Source: Octopus sinensis
Taxonomy: Eukaryota
DNA length: 64,000 bases
Assembly: GCF_006345805.1 (NCBI RefSeq)
Contig: NC_043019.1
Span: forward strand, 19,963,360 to 20,027,359
Direction: 5' to 3'
A program made the position numbers and the translations under genes. Positions 38,961 through 53,185 of this stretch are shown piece by piece. Position 1 is the stretch's first letter; the number at the start of each line of letters is the position of its first letter. The notes beneath the pieces are model-generated. The model ran no database searches. It saw only the letters and a program-made list of their open reading frames with translations, and was not told the DNA's origin.

Positions 38961-39350
38961 GGCGCAGGAGTGGCTGTGTGGTAAGTAGCTTGCTTACCAA
39001 CCACATGGTTCCGGGTTCAGTCCCACTGCGTGGCGCCTTGGGAAAGTGTCTTCTACTATAGCCTCAGGCCGACCAAAGCCTTGTGAGTGGATTTGGTAGA
39101 CGGAAACTGAAAGAAGCTCGTCATATATATGTATATATATATGAGTGTGTGTGTGTCTGTGTTTGTCCCCCTACCGTTGCTTGACAACCGATGCTGGTGT
39201 GTTTATGTCCCCGTAACTTAGCGGTTCGGCAAAAGAGACCGATAGAATAAGTACTAGGTTTACAAAGTATAAGTCCTGGGGTCGATTTGCTCGACTAAAG
39301 GCGGTGCTCCAGCATGGCCACAGTCAAATGACTGAAACAAGTAAAAGAGA
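38961..39350 (+). mobile_element. tRNA-derived SINE family A (ggcgcaggagtggctgtgtggtaag...)
   Basis: B-box-like ggttcagtccc, internal TA/TG microsatellite, 3' tgactgaaacaagtaaaagag; at least 7 copies in the window. Confidence 0.9.
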
Positions 39351-39959
39351 AAAAAAAATAAAGAGAAAATACATACATACATACATACATACATACATAC
39401 ATACATACATACATACATGCATACGCACAGACACACCCACGCATACTCACACACAAACTTACATATACACATGCGTACTTATACATGCATATAAACATAT
39501 GCGTGTGTGTGTGCGCGCATGTTTGTATACATACATTATATATGTGTATATATATATATACGTACACACATTCATATACTCACACTGTACGTTTGTTTGA
39601 CTGTTTCTCTTTCTCCCCCCCCCCCCCCAACACACTCACTCTCATCTCCATCATCCCCGATATGTATCGTAACTCGGGCAACATACCTGAATATCCTTGA
39701 ATTTTTTCGGAACTTCTATATGTCGTAACACCGCAAGCCTGGCAAGAGAGGTAGTTACTAAAGGGAGATAACACTATATGGGAGGGTCGATGGCAGTTGT
39801 GTACCAAGGGCACCAAAGATTCATTGTTGACCCCAAATGTGGGCAACAGAGGGATCAACAGGGGAAAGTAAATCACTGAAGAGTTTTTTTTTATGAAGAT
39901 CTGGAAGTAAGAAGCGTGGTGGAATTCTTGGATCTAAAAAGAATGTGCGATCTTTCAGC

Positions 39960-40620
39960 AACGGATAAAATGCATTTCTTAGATCCATTTACATGTGGCA
40001 TGTAAAATCTGTGTGATTTTCCGCTTGATTGCATGTGGTGTGAAGTTGGTCTGCAAACCCCATACGTGGCTAGTCAACTTAGAGGGTTTTACTTTTGTCA
40101 ATGTGTAGGAAAGGAGGTGGGTGGTTTGTACAACATTGTTTGAAATCGCCTTCGCATCACCTGATATCAAATTCTTTTCGGTGAGGTTATCGTGAAACGT
40201 TATCGTGACTTCTGCCTCATATACGACGGAGTTTATCATAAACGCCCGATCAAGTGGGCAAGTTTCAGGGTTTCGACATTTACAACTGGGAGTGTGAAGT
40301 TGTTGATGGTTACGAGTGATAATGTTCTTCATGTTGGGGCAGGAGCAGTTTGATATTTTAATCGATCGTCTACTAAAACTCTTCCAGTATTTGTGACTTT
40401 CTAGGAAATGCTTATCTAAAAGAGTCAGGAATTTCTTGTCTATTTTAGTTTTAACATTTAGGCAGATGGGTGGGTCGAGCCATGTTATTTTCCTAAGTCT
40501 ATTTTTAGGTTTCATATCTTTAATTGAAGGGTTGTAATATATCTCATCTTTGAATTCATTGTAAGTTAAGGCATTGTTATAGTAGGAGGCTACCTTATCA
40601 AATATTTCTTTTGAAGATGT
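39960..40620 (-). mobile_element. PLE fragment (RT thumb, linker, GIY-YIG start)
   Basis: SSKEIFDKVASYYNNAL, RKITWLDPPICLNVKTKIDKKFLTLLDKHF, CKCRNPETCPL and SVVYEAEVT. Confidence 0.85.
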
Positions 40621-41015
40621 GGTGAACTGGCAGTAGCGTTAGCACGCCGGATAAAATGCTAAGCGTTATTTCTTGTCTTTACAGTCTGAATTCAAATTCC
40701 ATCGAGGTTGACTTTGCTTCTTATTCTTTCAGAATCGATAAAATAAGTTGATGACTGGGATTGATGTATTCGACTTATCCTTTCCTCCGAATGTGCCCAA
40801 ATTTGAAATTATTATAAGGTGGCAGAGTCGTAAGCACGCCGAGCAAAATGCTTAACGGCATTTTGTCGGTTTTTACGTTGAGTTCAAATTCCGCTGTGGT
40901 CGACTTTGCACTTCATCCTTTCGGGGTCGGTAAAATAAGTACCAGTTGAGTACTAGGATCGAAGTAATCCATTTACCTCGTCTCTCATAATTGCTGGCCT
41001 TGTGCCATAATTGGA
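40620..41015 (+). mobile_element. Two adjacent SINE family B copies
   Basis: Motifs ctggcag..cgttagcacgccgg and gagttcaaattcc..gtcgactttgc each occur twice. Confidence 0.8.
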
Positions 41016-41056
41016 AATCCTTCTCCTCCTCCTCATCATCATCAATTTTGTTGTTG

Positions 41057-41126
<70 letters not shown>

Positions 41127-41127
<1 letters not shown>

Positions 41128-41615
41128 CTTCTTTCTTCAAATTTTCTTCCGTTTCTCGCCGAGTGTTTTCCGTACACCTAGGGCAGAGAAGCTCATTGTA
41201 TGCATTCCCAGATTACACACGCAAATTCACAGGTAAAATAGATATTTAAAAAATTAATGAATAAATAAATTCATGGATGGATGTTGTTTTCACCGCGATA
41301 ATGCTCTTCTCAGTACATGAGTCGTTTCAGTTAATACGATTTTTTGCACTTCCTGTAGGGATGGTAAGCCTGGTATCATTTTCAAATAGGTTTCAGTACC
41401 TTTTTTTTTAATCATTCCTAGAGATCCTACAATCACTGGTACTGTAGTCGCCTTGAGATGCCACATTTTTTCAATTTCTTTTAGCAGGTCTTTATATTTA
41501 CTAATCTTGTCAAATTCTTTCGCCGCTATATTGTGATCACATGGAATACTCATGTCAATTAATAAACACATCCTTTTTGCCTGATCTTTTATAATAATAT
41601 CCGGTTTATTAGCTT
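41127..41615 (-). mobile_element. 3' fragment of an R4/Dong-like LINE ending at a (TAA)n tract
   Basis: NKPDIIIKDQAKRMCLLIDMSIPCDHNIAAKEFDKISKYKDL...VPVIVGSLG; 3' UTR abuts (AAT)n at 41060-41126. Confidence 0.85.
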
Positions 41616-41625
41616 TTATTTATCG

Positions 41626-41657
<32 letters not shown>

Positions 41658-41689
41658 GACGTCGTCGTTGTAGTTGCTGTTGTTGTTGT

Positions 41690-41890
41690 TAAGGTAGTGA
41701 GCTGGCAGAATTGTTCGCACGTCGGGCAAGATGCTTAGCGGCGTTTCGTCTGATTTGACGTTCTGAGTTCAAACGTTTCCGCGGTCGACTTTGCCTTTTA
41801 TCCTTTTCGGGGCCGATGAAATAAAATATCTGTTGAGAACTGAAGTCGAACAGCCCCGTCGCCTACAATTGCTGGCCTTGTGCGAAAAAC
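41690..41890 (+). mobile_element. SINE family B
   Basis: gagctggcagaa...gttctgagttcaaa...gtcgactttgcc. Confidence 0.8.
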
Positions 41891-42019
41891 TAAAAAAGAA
41901 TTATTATCATCAAAACGTAATCCTGCTTGGACATTCCAGTTGTCCAGTCTGCAGTTTATCGCTGGCTGGACTTAAAATCAGGACTTGCTAATTCCCATCC
42001 GAAAAATTGTGATAAGCAA

Positions 42020-42190
42020 CCGGACACAGTAAACAGACTGATGACGTTAGCAACAACAAACTGACCACTGAATATTGCGCCACGTACGTCAAATAGGGGG
42101 ATGACGTCGAAAGTAATCTGACCAGCGGCGATTGACGAAAGCAATAGAGAGAAGAGAGACGGACACAGTAAGCGTTGACCACTGGTCATA
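42020..42190. promoter_or_regulatory. CpG-rich patch with clustered CRE/ATF-like sites
   Basis: TGACGTTA at 42042, ACGTCA at 42086, TGACGTCG at 42102 and TGACG at 42133; cggacacagtaa and tgaccactg each duplicated. Confidence 0.3.
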
Positions 42191-42896
42191 CAACTCACAG
42201 CGGAATACTTGTGTCCGACAGATTCTTCTTCAAAGATGCACTTCATGAATGATCTAACTTGCTTATCTGTTTTGTGAGACAGAGCTGACTTACAACTGAA
42301 CTAGATTCGTCAGAGTTATAGAACCAGTCAACAACAATCGAACTTGAACTGTTCTACACCAGTTCTGCTCAAAGAGCGGCCCGTGGGCCTTTCTACTGAA
42401 CGAAAGATTATCATGAATATTGTTAGCAGTGCCGCCCGCCTGTTGAAGAGTTACGTCTTATGCGGCCCTTTTTGTTTTAAAGGTGCCTATGTCTTCCCTA
42501 TACCTTAGTGACCAATGGAGATATGCATGAACACATCATACGCAGCGAATTCCCTTTTTATCCCCTACTTAAATAATTAAAACTGTCATGCAACTGGCAC
42601 TCAGGAAAAAAAAACAAAACAAAACAAAATGCATTGTTGATTAAAGTCATGAAATATTTGTGCTAATTTGTGTTAATTAATTAATCATCATTAAAAGAAA
42701 GCTAGTTTCTATGGCATCTGAAAGGGATCGTTGCTTCTCAACGTAAAGTATTTCATTTTACGGCATTTATAGAATCTGGATTTCATTGATTAAATAAAAC
42801 TTATATTTTTATTTCTTCGTATTTCTCTAATTTATACTATATGCAAATTATCAATGATAATACTGATATGTGTACACACACACACGCACACGCACG

Positions 42897-42962
<66 letters not shown>

Positions 42963-44719
42963 TATTCAGAAAATTAATGATAGTACCGCAGTACCGCTTA
43001 TGTATAGAGTTTTAATGAGTTTTGTTAGAGTTTACGGTGATTTAAAAAGTGATGGTTAATTAGCCGGAAAATTCAGTTATCCGGCAACCCTCTGGTCCCA
43101 TGATGCCGGACAACAGGAAGTTTACTGTATAAACATTTATATTTTGATGATATTTAATTTTTCTCTCTTTCTGCGTTTGCCTTTATTGCTGGCCGCCTCT
43201 ATTTCTCGCATTTGTCTCGCCATTCCATAGAAAACTTGCTCGTCGGTTTTGCTATCGTTAACATTGTCTCCAGAGAAGATGGAAGGCGCAGGTGGATTTA
43301 GCTAAAGGGCGTCAGGTGTTCCCCCTTGGCACATTTATATCTTCCGCATTCCCCCATTCCTCGCTACTCTCTATCCCGCGCTAGTGTCCATCCCACGCTA
43401 CAGTCCACCCCATATTACTCTCCATTTCACCCTTATTCCACCCGTGATTTTTCTTCATATTTTTTCCTAAGATCGTGTTCTTGTGATAGATCTGAAGTGT
43501 CTTCCATGGAAGACTTATTAACGGTGATGGAAACACGACTGATTACTTAGTGGGGACGGTGTGTCATAGATCGTAGCTTCTAGAACCAACAAACTCTGCT
43601 CCTGGTCTGCCTGTTTATGTGATCTTTTATTTTCAGGGCTTTCGTTTCATCTTGGTTTAATACATTAGATAATAATTTCTAGCATTGGTTACAGGGCTAC
43701 ATATATTTGAAAGGAGGAGGAGGAGACAGTTTGACCACATCGATCTCAAAATTCGATCAGTTCTTTATTGTATACCTATGCATGCAGTAAGTAACCATTA
43801 CATAGGAGTTTGTGAGGACCTACAAAATCCTTAAGCACATCCCCTCTTTTCGACGAAAGAAAGAAAAATATTTGTGTTAAACTGGAAGCAAAATGGCGGC
43901 CAGCAGAACGTAAAGGAACTTCAACTCAAAACGGCGAAGTAGTTTACCCGGGGATCTAACCATTTTTCTACCCACCGTTCTTATAAGTGTTTCTAATTTA
44001 GACGCAAGGCCAGCAATCTTGAAGGAAGTGGATATTTTATTATATTGATTCCCCTTCCCCCACCGTCCAGTACTAAACTGGTACCGAAAGAATGAAGGAC
44101 AAACTTGAGCCTAACGGGATTTGAACGTAGAACGAATACAAGCAATTTTTCTTTAACGATTCCGCCAAATCCATCGCTGCCAAACCTTTCGAATAATAAC
44201 AGAATAATAACTTCTTATATAAGCACAAGGTCAGTGTAATGATAATAGTAATAACCCCAAGGCCGGTGTAATGATAGTAGTAATGACTACAAGGCCAGTG
44301 TAAGGATTGTAGCAATGATCTCTCCTATACAGACACAAGACAGAAGCCCTGGCAGCTTGGTGTAAGTATGAAGGCGATTATTTTATCAACCCCTGGACAA
44401 GTAAAATAAAAAGTTGGTTTCTGTGGGATTTGAACTCAGAACAGAAAGGGATATAAACCACAAAGCAATTTGTTCGAAACTCTACCGATTCTGTCACACA
44501 GCAGTCGAGTATAATAACCAGTAATATCCTGGGGTCTGTTCCATTGACTGTAGTTCTACCGTCATGTACACACACAGACAGAAATAGAGATTTACACAAC
44601 TACACGCATACAAGCACTTTAGTCTCTCCCCACCTCTCTCTTCACACACACACACACAACCTCATTCACCATGTTGCACAGTTTTATACAGACATATTTT
44701 TATATACACATATATACAA

Positions 44720-44752
<33 letters not shown>

Positions 44753-44884
44753 CATACATATATATATACATGCATACATACACGCCTTTTTTACAGACAT
44801 AAAATCACTTTTACACACACACACAAACACATGCACACACACACTCACACTCACACTCACACGCTCACACGCTCATACACAGAG

Positions 44885-45417
44885 GCTTTCAAGTGCTCAG
44901 AATGTACTGACTACCCTCCAACGGGTCGGTAGAGAACTCCTCAAGAAACACTTCCTGATGACCTCCCATTTGAACCTAGAAGTGCAGAGCTTACACATCT
45001 CAGAAGAAGTCTTGCAAGAGAAACACTCAACAAACCCCGGAAAGGTTATTCACCGTGTGAAGCACGACAACATCAAGACGACGAGCTGTCGCCTCTTTCG
45101 GACTCGTGTCTGCTACTTCTGGAAGGTGACGCTTTTGCAATCGAAGAATATACCAGAAACAAGCCGGACAGCGAAACCTTAAGAATCCAGAGATGCAACT
45201 GCAGACGCTGATTAAGACACTTTTCTGTGGAGGATGTTACGTGTAATTAGCATGTAATTAGACGTTGCATGTAATTAGCAGCTGTCCAGAAATGTAATCG
45301 AGGTAATGCCTCACATTGCGACATGGTGTTGCTAAAATAATACATAGCCATACCTGCAGAAGAGGCTGCCCTGGGTTAAATATGGACAACATCCTTGCTA
45401 TGGAATACACAAACACA

Positions 45418-45464
<47 letters not shown>

Positions 45465-46000
45465 GTACATATATACACACATACATACATACATACATAC
45501 ACATACATACATACACATACATACATACACACATAGGAACCTTGGATCTAGGTTAAAAACCGGTTCTTTCTCTATTGGCAAGAAATCTTGAAATAAACAA
45601 AATAATGACATACATATGTACGTACGTGCATACATACATACATACATACATACATACATACATACATACATACATACATACATACATACACACACATACA
45701 TACATACATACATACATACATACATACATACATACATACATACATACACACACATACATACATATGAGCAGAAGGAATATTAATGGCACATTGCCATGAA
45801 AACTTGTAGCAAGTGCCAACATTTCACACCTGGCATGGTTATTTAGGACAGAAAATACATGTAAAGTGATGGAGGTTCGTTACTCTGAAGAGGCGAACAC
45901 TCTGTCAAAACCTGCGACAAGGAGAATATCGATGGAGAACTGATTCGAAACCTGCAGCTTTTACCCACTGATCATCAATTCCTATTTATGCCAAGGAATA
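44885..46000 (+). mobile_element. Possible highly decayed PLE linker/GIY-YIG relic interrupted by microsatellites
   Basis: Weak resemblance only: VGRELLKKHF, DNIKTTSC, RCNCRR, YLG. Confidence 0.3.
45536..45610 (-). repeat. Second dispersed monomer of the 124-bp satellite family
   Basis: aggaaccttggatctaggttaaaaaccggttctttctctattggcaagaaatcttgaaataaac. Confidence 0.85.
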
Positions 46001-46384
46001 TTGTTGCTCTCTTACTTACGTTATTAAATGTCTGAGTGGCGACCTGCAAAAGAGGTCTTTCAAGCAAAGAAAGACGCCGACTAACACGCACTTTAAAAAA
46101 CATAATCGGTAAGCGGAACAATGAAAATGCGCAAGACTTTTTTAAAGTTCGATATATAAAAATTATTACTGTTGTTATCCAGACTCTAACGATGGAGTTT
46201 CTGTTTCTTTTTGGAAGGTTATTAAGAAATAAAGGAACATCAATACCTACACACGTACAGACACACGTGCGCGCGCGCATACACACACATGTATGTATGT
46301 ATGTGTGTGTGTGTATGTGTGTATACGTACGCATATACATTCACAGATACACATGAGTAACTCGTACATGCATGAAATGCATTA

Positions 46385-46484
46385 NNNNNNNNNNNNNNNN
46401 NNNNNNNNNNNNNNNNNNNNNNNNNNNNNNNNNNNNNNNNNNNNNNNNNNNNNNNNNNNNNNNNNNNNNNNNNNNNNNNNNNNN
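46385..46484. other. Assembly gap (100 N)
   Basis: Run of n; true gap size unknown. Confidence 0.99.
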
Positions 46485-46594
46485 CGAAATCTATGAAGGA
46501 CGAACCATCGAAAACTTGAAATGAAAAAATGAATCAACGATGACGGAGTTACAGTGAGTAGGAAAATAGCCAATGGCAATAAAGTTTGTATCCT

Positions 46595-46595
46595 G

Positions 46596-46634
<39 letters not shown>

Positions 46635-47490
46635 CAGAGCGAGTGTGTGCATGTGTATACATGTATACGTATATAACGTCTATATACATATATATACACA
46701 CATATATATATATACACACACATACACACACATACACACACGAACTCGTACACGCACACATGCACACACAACTACACGCACATACACATACACATGCACA
46801 CTCACTCACATACGCACCGCATACACGCACATGTACCTCCACACACACAACACCTCGTTCACACACACATACACACGCACATGTACACACATACACTCAC
46901 ACGCGCACACATACACACACACACGCACAAGCAAATGAACCCACACATACATCACACACACACAACACACACTCGTACATACACGAACACAATTATACAT
47001 ACATGGACATAAACACACGCACATACACGCACACACACACGCACGCACGCACAGAGTAACGCACATTTGCTCCACAGACACAACCCAACACACAACCCCC
47101 ACGCATACATACATACACACACATACATACATACACACACTCTCACACAGACACAGCCACACACTGCACGCAAAACACACACAAACAACATATACATACA
47201 CGCACAAACACATACTTCAAACTACCAGCAAACACCTTTCTCCTGACCCTTCTCTTACGCACTTGTGAAGGTAGACACACAAAAGACAGCCACTCCTACA
47301 AAAAATTCATACTGTAAATTCTTCCTACGACATTAAGCGACACAAAGTCCACTCACGCACACACACACATATAAACATCCAAAACCACACACACACACAC
47401 ACACGCACATACACGTACTATTATTACACACACATACACATACACACAGACCTGCGCGCTCGCATGTACCCACACATACACACAATATCT
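46595..47490. repeat. Long degenerate TG then CA low-complexity tract
   Basis: Direct inspection. Confidence 0.95.
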
Positions 47491-47627
47491 CATCTTGCAT
47501 TCTGCTGTCTTAGGAAGAACTTTTTCTTCACCCATTCCCTTCCGGTCTTTTCAAAATGTAACTACGTGTGTATATCATTGGCGATTTTCTTCCTCCATCT
47601 TCCCTTCCTTTGAACTTTCCTCTATTT

Positions 47628-47655
47628 CTGAAAAAGAGCTTGGCTCAAAACGTTG
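47628..47655 (+). ncRNA. Decayed PLE-type minimal hammerhead relic
   Basis: CTGAAAA-a-gagc-ttg-gctc-AAAAC-gttg: stem II intact, two core G positions changed to A. Confidence 0.5.
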
Positions 47656-47750
47656 AATCCTCTTTCCTTCCTTTCCTTAGCGTCTGCTACTACAGTACTT
47701 GCACCACGTCCTCACGTTAGTGTTTTTTGTTTGTTCTTCTTTGTTTGGAT

Positions 47751-47809
<59 letters not shown>

Positions 47810-48296
47810 CCCCTCTGCAAAGGAATTTTATTTTAATTCTTTCGCAGGAAGGACTAGTTCAGCGAGACGTGTTCTGTCCATCCTTCGAAACACGCTGGAG
47901 TTTAACTAGGGACAGCTGATGAAGGGGATTTTTTCCTTGTGTAGTTGTCTTGTACTCTGTTTTTTCGTTGTTAAAAAAATGGTCCGTTCCATGCTGTTTT
48001 TACGTTTTCGTTTCTCGTTGAGTTCTGCGTCTATTTGTGGTGTCCTGTACACACGTATATATATTTATATATGCATGTATATATACATGTAGATGTAGGT
48101 ACGTACATATATGTTTGTATGTATGCATATATTTTATTTATTACACTATATATATGATATATATACATGAAGAAGCAATTACACAGGGAAAGGGAAATTC
48201 GAAGCAGTCCTGGAACTCTTGCGAAGTGATGCCTTTTACCGCCCCCCATTGTTTTTTTCTTCATCTCTTCCACATCTGCAAAACGTTTTCCTTTAA

Positions 48297-48517
48297 CTCT
48301 TTAGTATTCAGATTACTCTGTTAAATGTAATACTTTTTCACTCAAATTGTTTGGAATTAATCCTGGATCATCTTACAGCTTTGAGGTTTCAATAATGGGA
48401 TTACTTATTTTTAGAATGGCATTGTAGGTTAGGTGTGAGAGGCTAGACATCGCCAGTTTGAATATAAAACGTGTAGAATATATTGGGCCGGATTTGGCCA
48501 GTTTAAACACTAAAGGG
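48297..48517. mobile_element. piggyBac-type MITE flanked by TTAA
   Basis: TTAA|ctctttag ... ctaaaggg|TTAA (48293-96 and 48518-21). Confidence 0.75.
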
Positions 48518-48521
48518 TTAA

Positions 48522-49565
48522 GGACATTTTCCAAAACGTCACAGGAATCAAAATCGAGTGGGTAAGCGGAGTCCTGCCATTATTGGTCATAAACTGTCTC
48601 ACACTGAAGGCAGTGCGGGCAGGAACATTGTTGTGATGAAACCACCACTCTCCACTTTGTCACAGGTCGGAGTGTTTTCGTCCTACCGCGTCTCGCAAAC
48701 GCTTCAGAACTGCCAAGTAAAACGTCTGGTTAACAGTTTGACCAGGAGGAACAAATTCTGTGTGGACAATTCCTTTCGCATCGATGAAACAAATCAGAAT
48801 CGTCTTGACATTGGACTTCAGTTGATGCGCTTTTAGGGGGGGGGCGTAGTGATATTGACTGCTTCCATTAACTAGATTGTTGCATCGTTTCCGGATCGTA
48901 ACCGTAGCACCAGCTTTCGTCACCAGTGATGATATTCGAAAAGAGATCCGGATCAACTTCCAACTGTTCTTTCTGTTCACGATACACATTCAGTCGTGAC
49001 TGCTTTTGATATTCCATGATTAAGCGAGGCACAAATTTTGTTGCAACTCTTTTCCCCCACGATTCCTCGCTCAAAATTCGTTGGCAGGAGCCCCCGGGAC
49101 ACACCAGTCATATCAACAAGTTTGTCAATTGTTCGGCGACAGTCCGCCAAGATCAGTTCATGAATTTTCGTGATGTTTTTCATTAGTTCGGAATGTTGAC
49201 GGGCACCCTGAACGAGGTTGGTCTCCAAGAGGCAAGTGACCATTCATAAACTTGTGTTTTGCGTCCTTGTAAGCTATCTGAAGCATGGCAACTGTTTCGG
49301 CCGCCGTTTTTCCCCAGCAGAAAACAGAATTTCACGGAAGTGTGCTGTTCCTTCGTTTCAGACATCACTAAAATTCGACGAACAGGTGAGAAGCACTGTA
49401 AAACAACGACGGACGGACCACATGACAGTATGACTTCACTCAACGACACTTGTCGGCAGACTGATGCCAGAGAGTTGTATTCAGTGGCCTCTAGCGGCGG
49501 AGTCCTGAACTGCAACGGAGTTGTCCCACAGAGAATAATTCCGGTTACTTTTGGGTTGTCTTCGA
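48522..49565 (-). mobile_element. Degenerate mariner transposon
   Basis: EQHTSVKFCFLLGK, VATKFVPRL, IITGDESWCYGYDPET, KSNVKTILICFIDAKGIVHTEFVPPGQTVN; frameshifted. Confidence 0.9.
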
Positions 49566-49571
49566 TGAGGT

Positions 49572-49996
49572 TACTCTTTATTCTTTTACTCTTTTACTTG
49601 TTTCAGTGATATGACTGCGGCCATGCTGGAGCACCGCCTTTAGTCGAGCAAATCGACCCCGGGACTTATTCTTTGTAAGTCCAGTACTTATTCTATCGGT
49701 CTCTTTTGCCGAACCGCTAAGTGACGGGGACGTAAACACACCAGCATCGGTTGTCAAGCAATGCTAGGGGGAGAAACACAGACATACACACACACACATA
49801 CACTCACACACATATATATATATATACATATATACGACAGGCTTCTTTCAGTTTCCATCTACCAAATCCACTCACAAGGCATTGGTCGGCCCTGGGCTAT
49901 AGTAGAAGACACTTGCCCCAAGATGCCACGCAGTGGGACTGAACCCGGAACCATGTGGTTGGTTAGCAAGCTACTTACCACACAGCCACTCCTGCG
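49572..49996 (-). mobile_element. SINE family A
   Basis: Near full-length reverse complement of the 38961 copy. Confidence 0.9.
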
Positions 49997-50439
49997 AGCT
50001 TGATGCAAGTCCCACTATTAGGTCGGCCCAAATTTTAGACTGTCGGTGTGGAGTTTGTGGAGGATAATTCACTGTGGTAGCCTAGCATGGTCGGAGTTCA
50101 GTGAGGGAAACAAGTAAAAGCTACACAGCAAAATATTTGAAAAATGGTATAATTTCAAATAATGCTTGATGGTGGTAAAAACGATAGCAAGCTTTGGGAA
50201 GTGTTTATGAGTTGTGTCATTGAGACAGATGGAGGCGGTTGCATTAAAATGGTTTGAAGATGACAGTGAAGTAATTAATGACAAAATATGGCTCGAATTA
50301 TAGAGTGATTAATAAACAGATGAATATTGATGTGTATATATATATTTATTTATTTATACTTCCAGTAATAGATAAATATAAAGGTACGTGTATATTTATA
50401 TGTATATATGTGTGTGTGTGTTTTATATATACCTATATA

Positions 50440-51175
<736 letters not shown>

Positions 51176-51269
51176 ATACAAAAACTCCCGAACGCACGTA
51201 CGCATACATACACACACATTCATATACATAAATATGTTCCAGAGAAGAGAGCCAATACACACAAAAACA

Positions 51270-52122
51270 TCATTCCCCAAGATAGGAGAATGCTCATGCA
51301 GCGGAGAAGAAAGATCTCGAATCGTTTAAACATATACCTGAATAACAGTGCGAAATCCTACCTGACAGAGGAACTCTTCGAGATAGAAAATAAACTCAAA
51401 ATCTCCCATGAAAAAGGAAGAGAAGAAAGAGAAACCAGGACAGTCGAAAACATAAAAAGAAATCCTAAATCAAAGGGGTCTGCTTCAGTACGCTATAAGA
51501 TAAGGCCACTATTTGGTAAAAACGGCTCACTAACTGCAGACCCGGGGAAGATAAGTTGAAGTACTAAATAAACAATTCCGAAGTTGTTTTCACTTCCCCA
51601 CTGGAAAATATGCAAATGAACAAGCCGGGGGAGTTTTTCAATGAAACAAATCTATTCAGAAAAGAGGCAGCCATCGATTACATCAACATAACGGAAGAGG
51701 GTGTAAAATGGGCCCTTGATGAGATGAGATCAAACTCAGCAACAGGCCTAGATGGACTTCCAGTTATTCGCTTAAAGTCACTGCAAAGTCACTGCAGATA
51801 CTCTTTCAGAGTTTCCTAGCATGTGGTAAAGGGGGGATAATATGCCCTGTCCATTAAGGAGGAAGCAGAGCAGATGCTAAAAACAGACACATCTCTCTGA
51901 CCTCGTATGTTAACAAGACAGTGGAACACATTGTCAGAAAAGGGCTCATCACGTTCCTAGAAGAAAACAACATTCTCACAAACACGCAACATGTGCTTTC
52001 GTCCAGGAAGAAGCTGCCTCACACAATTGCTGCAACACTTCGACTGGGTACTGAAGCAACAACTAAACCAGTCAGATGTAGACATGATGTACCTCGACTT
52101 TGCCAAAGCCTTCGACAGGGTT
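51270..52122 (+). mobile_element. CR1-clade LINE fragment (linker and RT start)
   Basis: NIKRNPK, SATGLDGLP, FLEENNILTNTQH, FRPGRSCLTQLL and YLDFAKAFDRV. Confidence 0.85.
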
Positions 52123-52368
52123 GAGCAACAAAAATCAACTGAAGGTAAGGATTATGGCAGCATTCACCAACTTAAACAAGGAGTCCAGCCAGAAGAGTTG
52201 CAAGAAATTCCGAAGTCGCCTGGAGGCCGTTGTTGAAGCTAATAGCAATTTTATTGAAAATATTTACTCTTTGGTATTTCAAGATATTTTAATGTAATTT
52301 TGGTAAATATATCTATCAGTATTATTTTCATTTTTGCGTAATTTAGTCGATACATTTACCGCACACTG
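52123..52368 (+). mobile_element. 3' end of a Tc1/mariner element
   Basis: LKVRIMAAFTNLNKE...FRSRLEAVVEAN.NFIE; ends gcacactg|TA. Confidence 0.7.
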
Positions 52369-52371
52369 TAA

Positions 52372-52404
<33 letters not shown>

Positions 52405-52781
52405 TGTATGCATGTATGTATGTATGTATGTATGTATGTATGTATGTATGTGTGTATGTATATATGTAGGTATTATGTATGTGTGTGTATGTATGTATGT
52501 ATGTATATATGTACGTATTATGTATGTGTGTGTGTATGTATGTATGTATTTATGTATGTATGTAGGTAGGTATGTATGTATGTGTGTGTATGTATATATG
52601 TATGTATGGATGTGTGTATGTGTGTATGTATGTATGTATGTACGTATTATGTATGTACGTATTATGTATGTGTGTGTATATATGAATGTGTGAATGTATG
52701 TATGTCATGGCTACAGGCAAAATTCTGAAACCACTTTTAATAAGATTATTAATATACATATATATATATATAATATATATA

Positions 52782-52813
<32 letters not shown>

Positions 52814-52819
52814 CTATAT

Positions 52820-52864
<45 letters not shown>

Positions 52865-52881
52865 ATATATATATATATATA

Positions 52882-52920
<39 letters not shown>

Positions 52921-52925
52921 GATAT

Positions 52926-52985
<60 letters not shown>

Positions 52986-53095
52986 CATTGTGTGTGTGTG
53001 TGTTTGTGTGTTGTATGTTTTGTATCTATGTATCTATATATCTATGTTGCTATGTATGTATGTGTGCGCGCGCGTATTGTGTGTGTGTGTGCGTT
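52372..53095. repeat. TATG/TA/TG microsatellite block
   Basis: Direct inspection. Confidence 0.96.
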
Positions 53096-53146
53096 ATATA
53101 TCTAGGGGAAAGTAAAAGGTAGAACATATACCTGAATAACAATGTG

Positions 53147-53185
<39 letters not shown>

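Noticed and set aside
43180-43600. Possible coding exon
   Set aside because: No phase-consistent open frame; fragments look more like a decayed LINE linker but are too weak to annotate.
44544-45182. 212-aa ORF as a host gene
   Set aside because: The first half is CA repeat and the second half only weakly resembles a decayed PLE linker.
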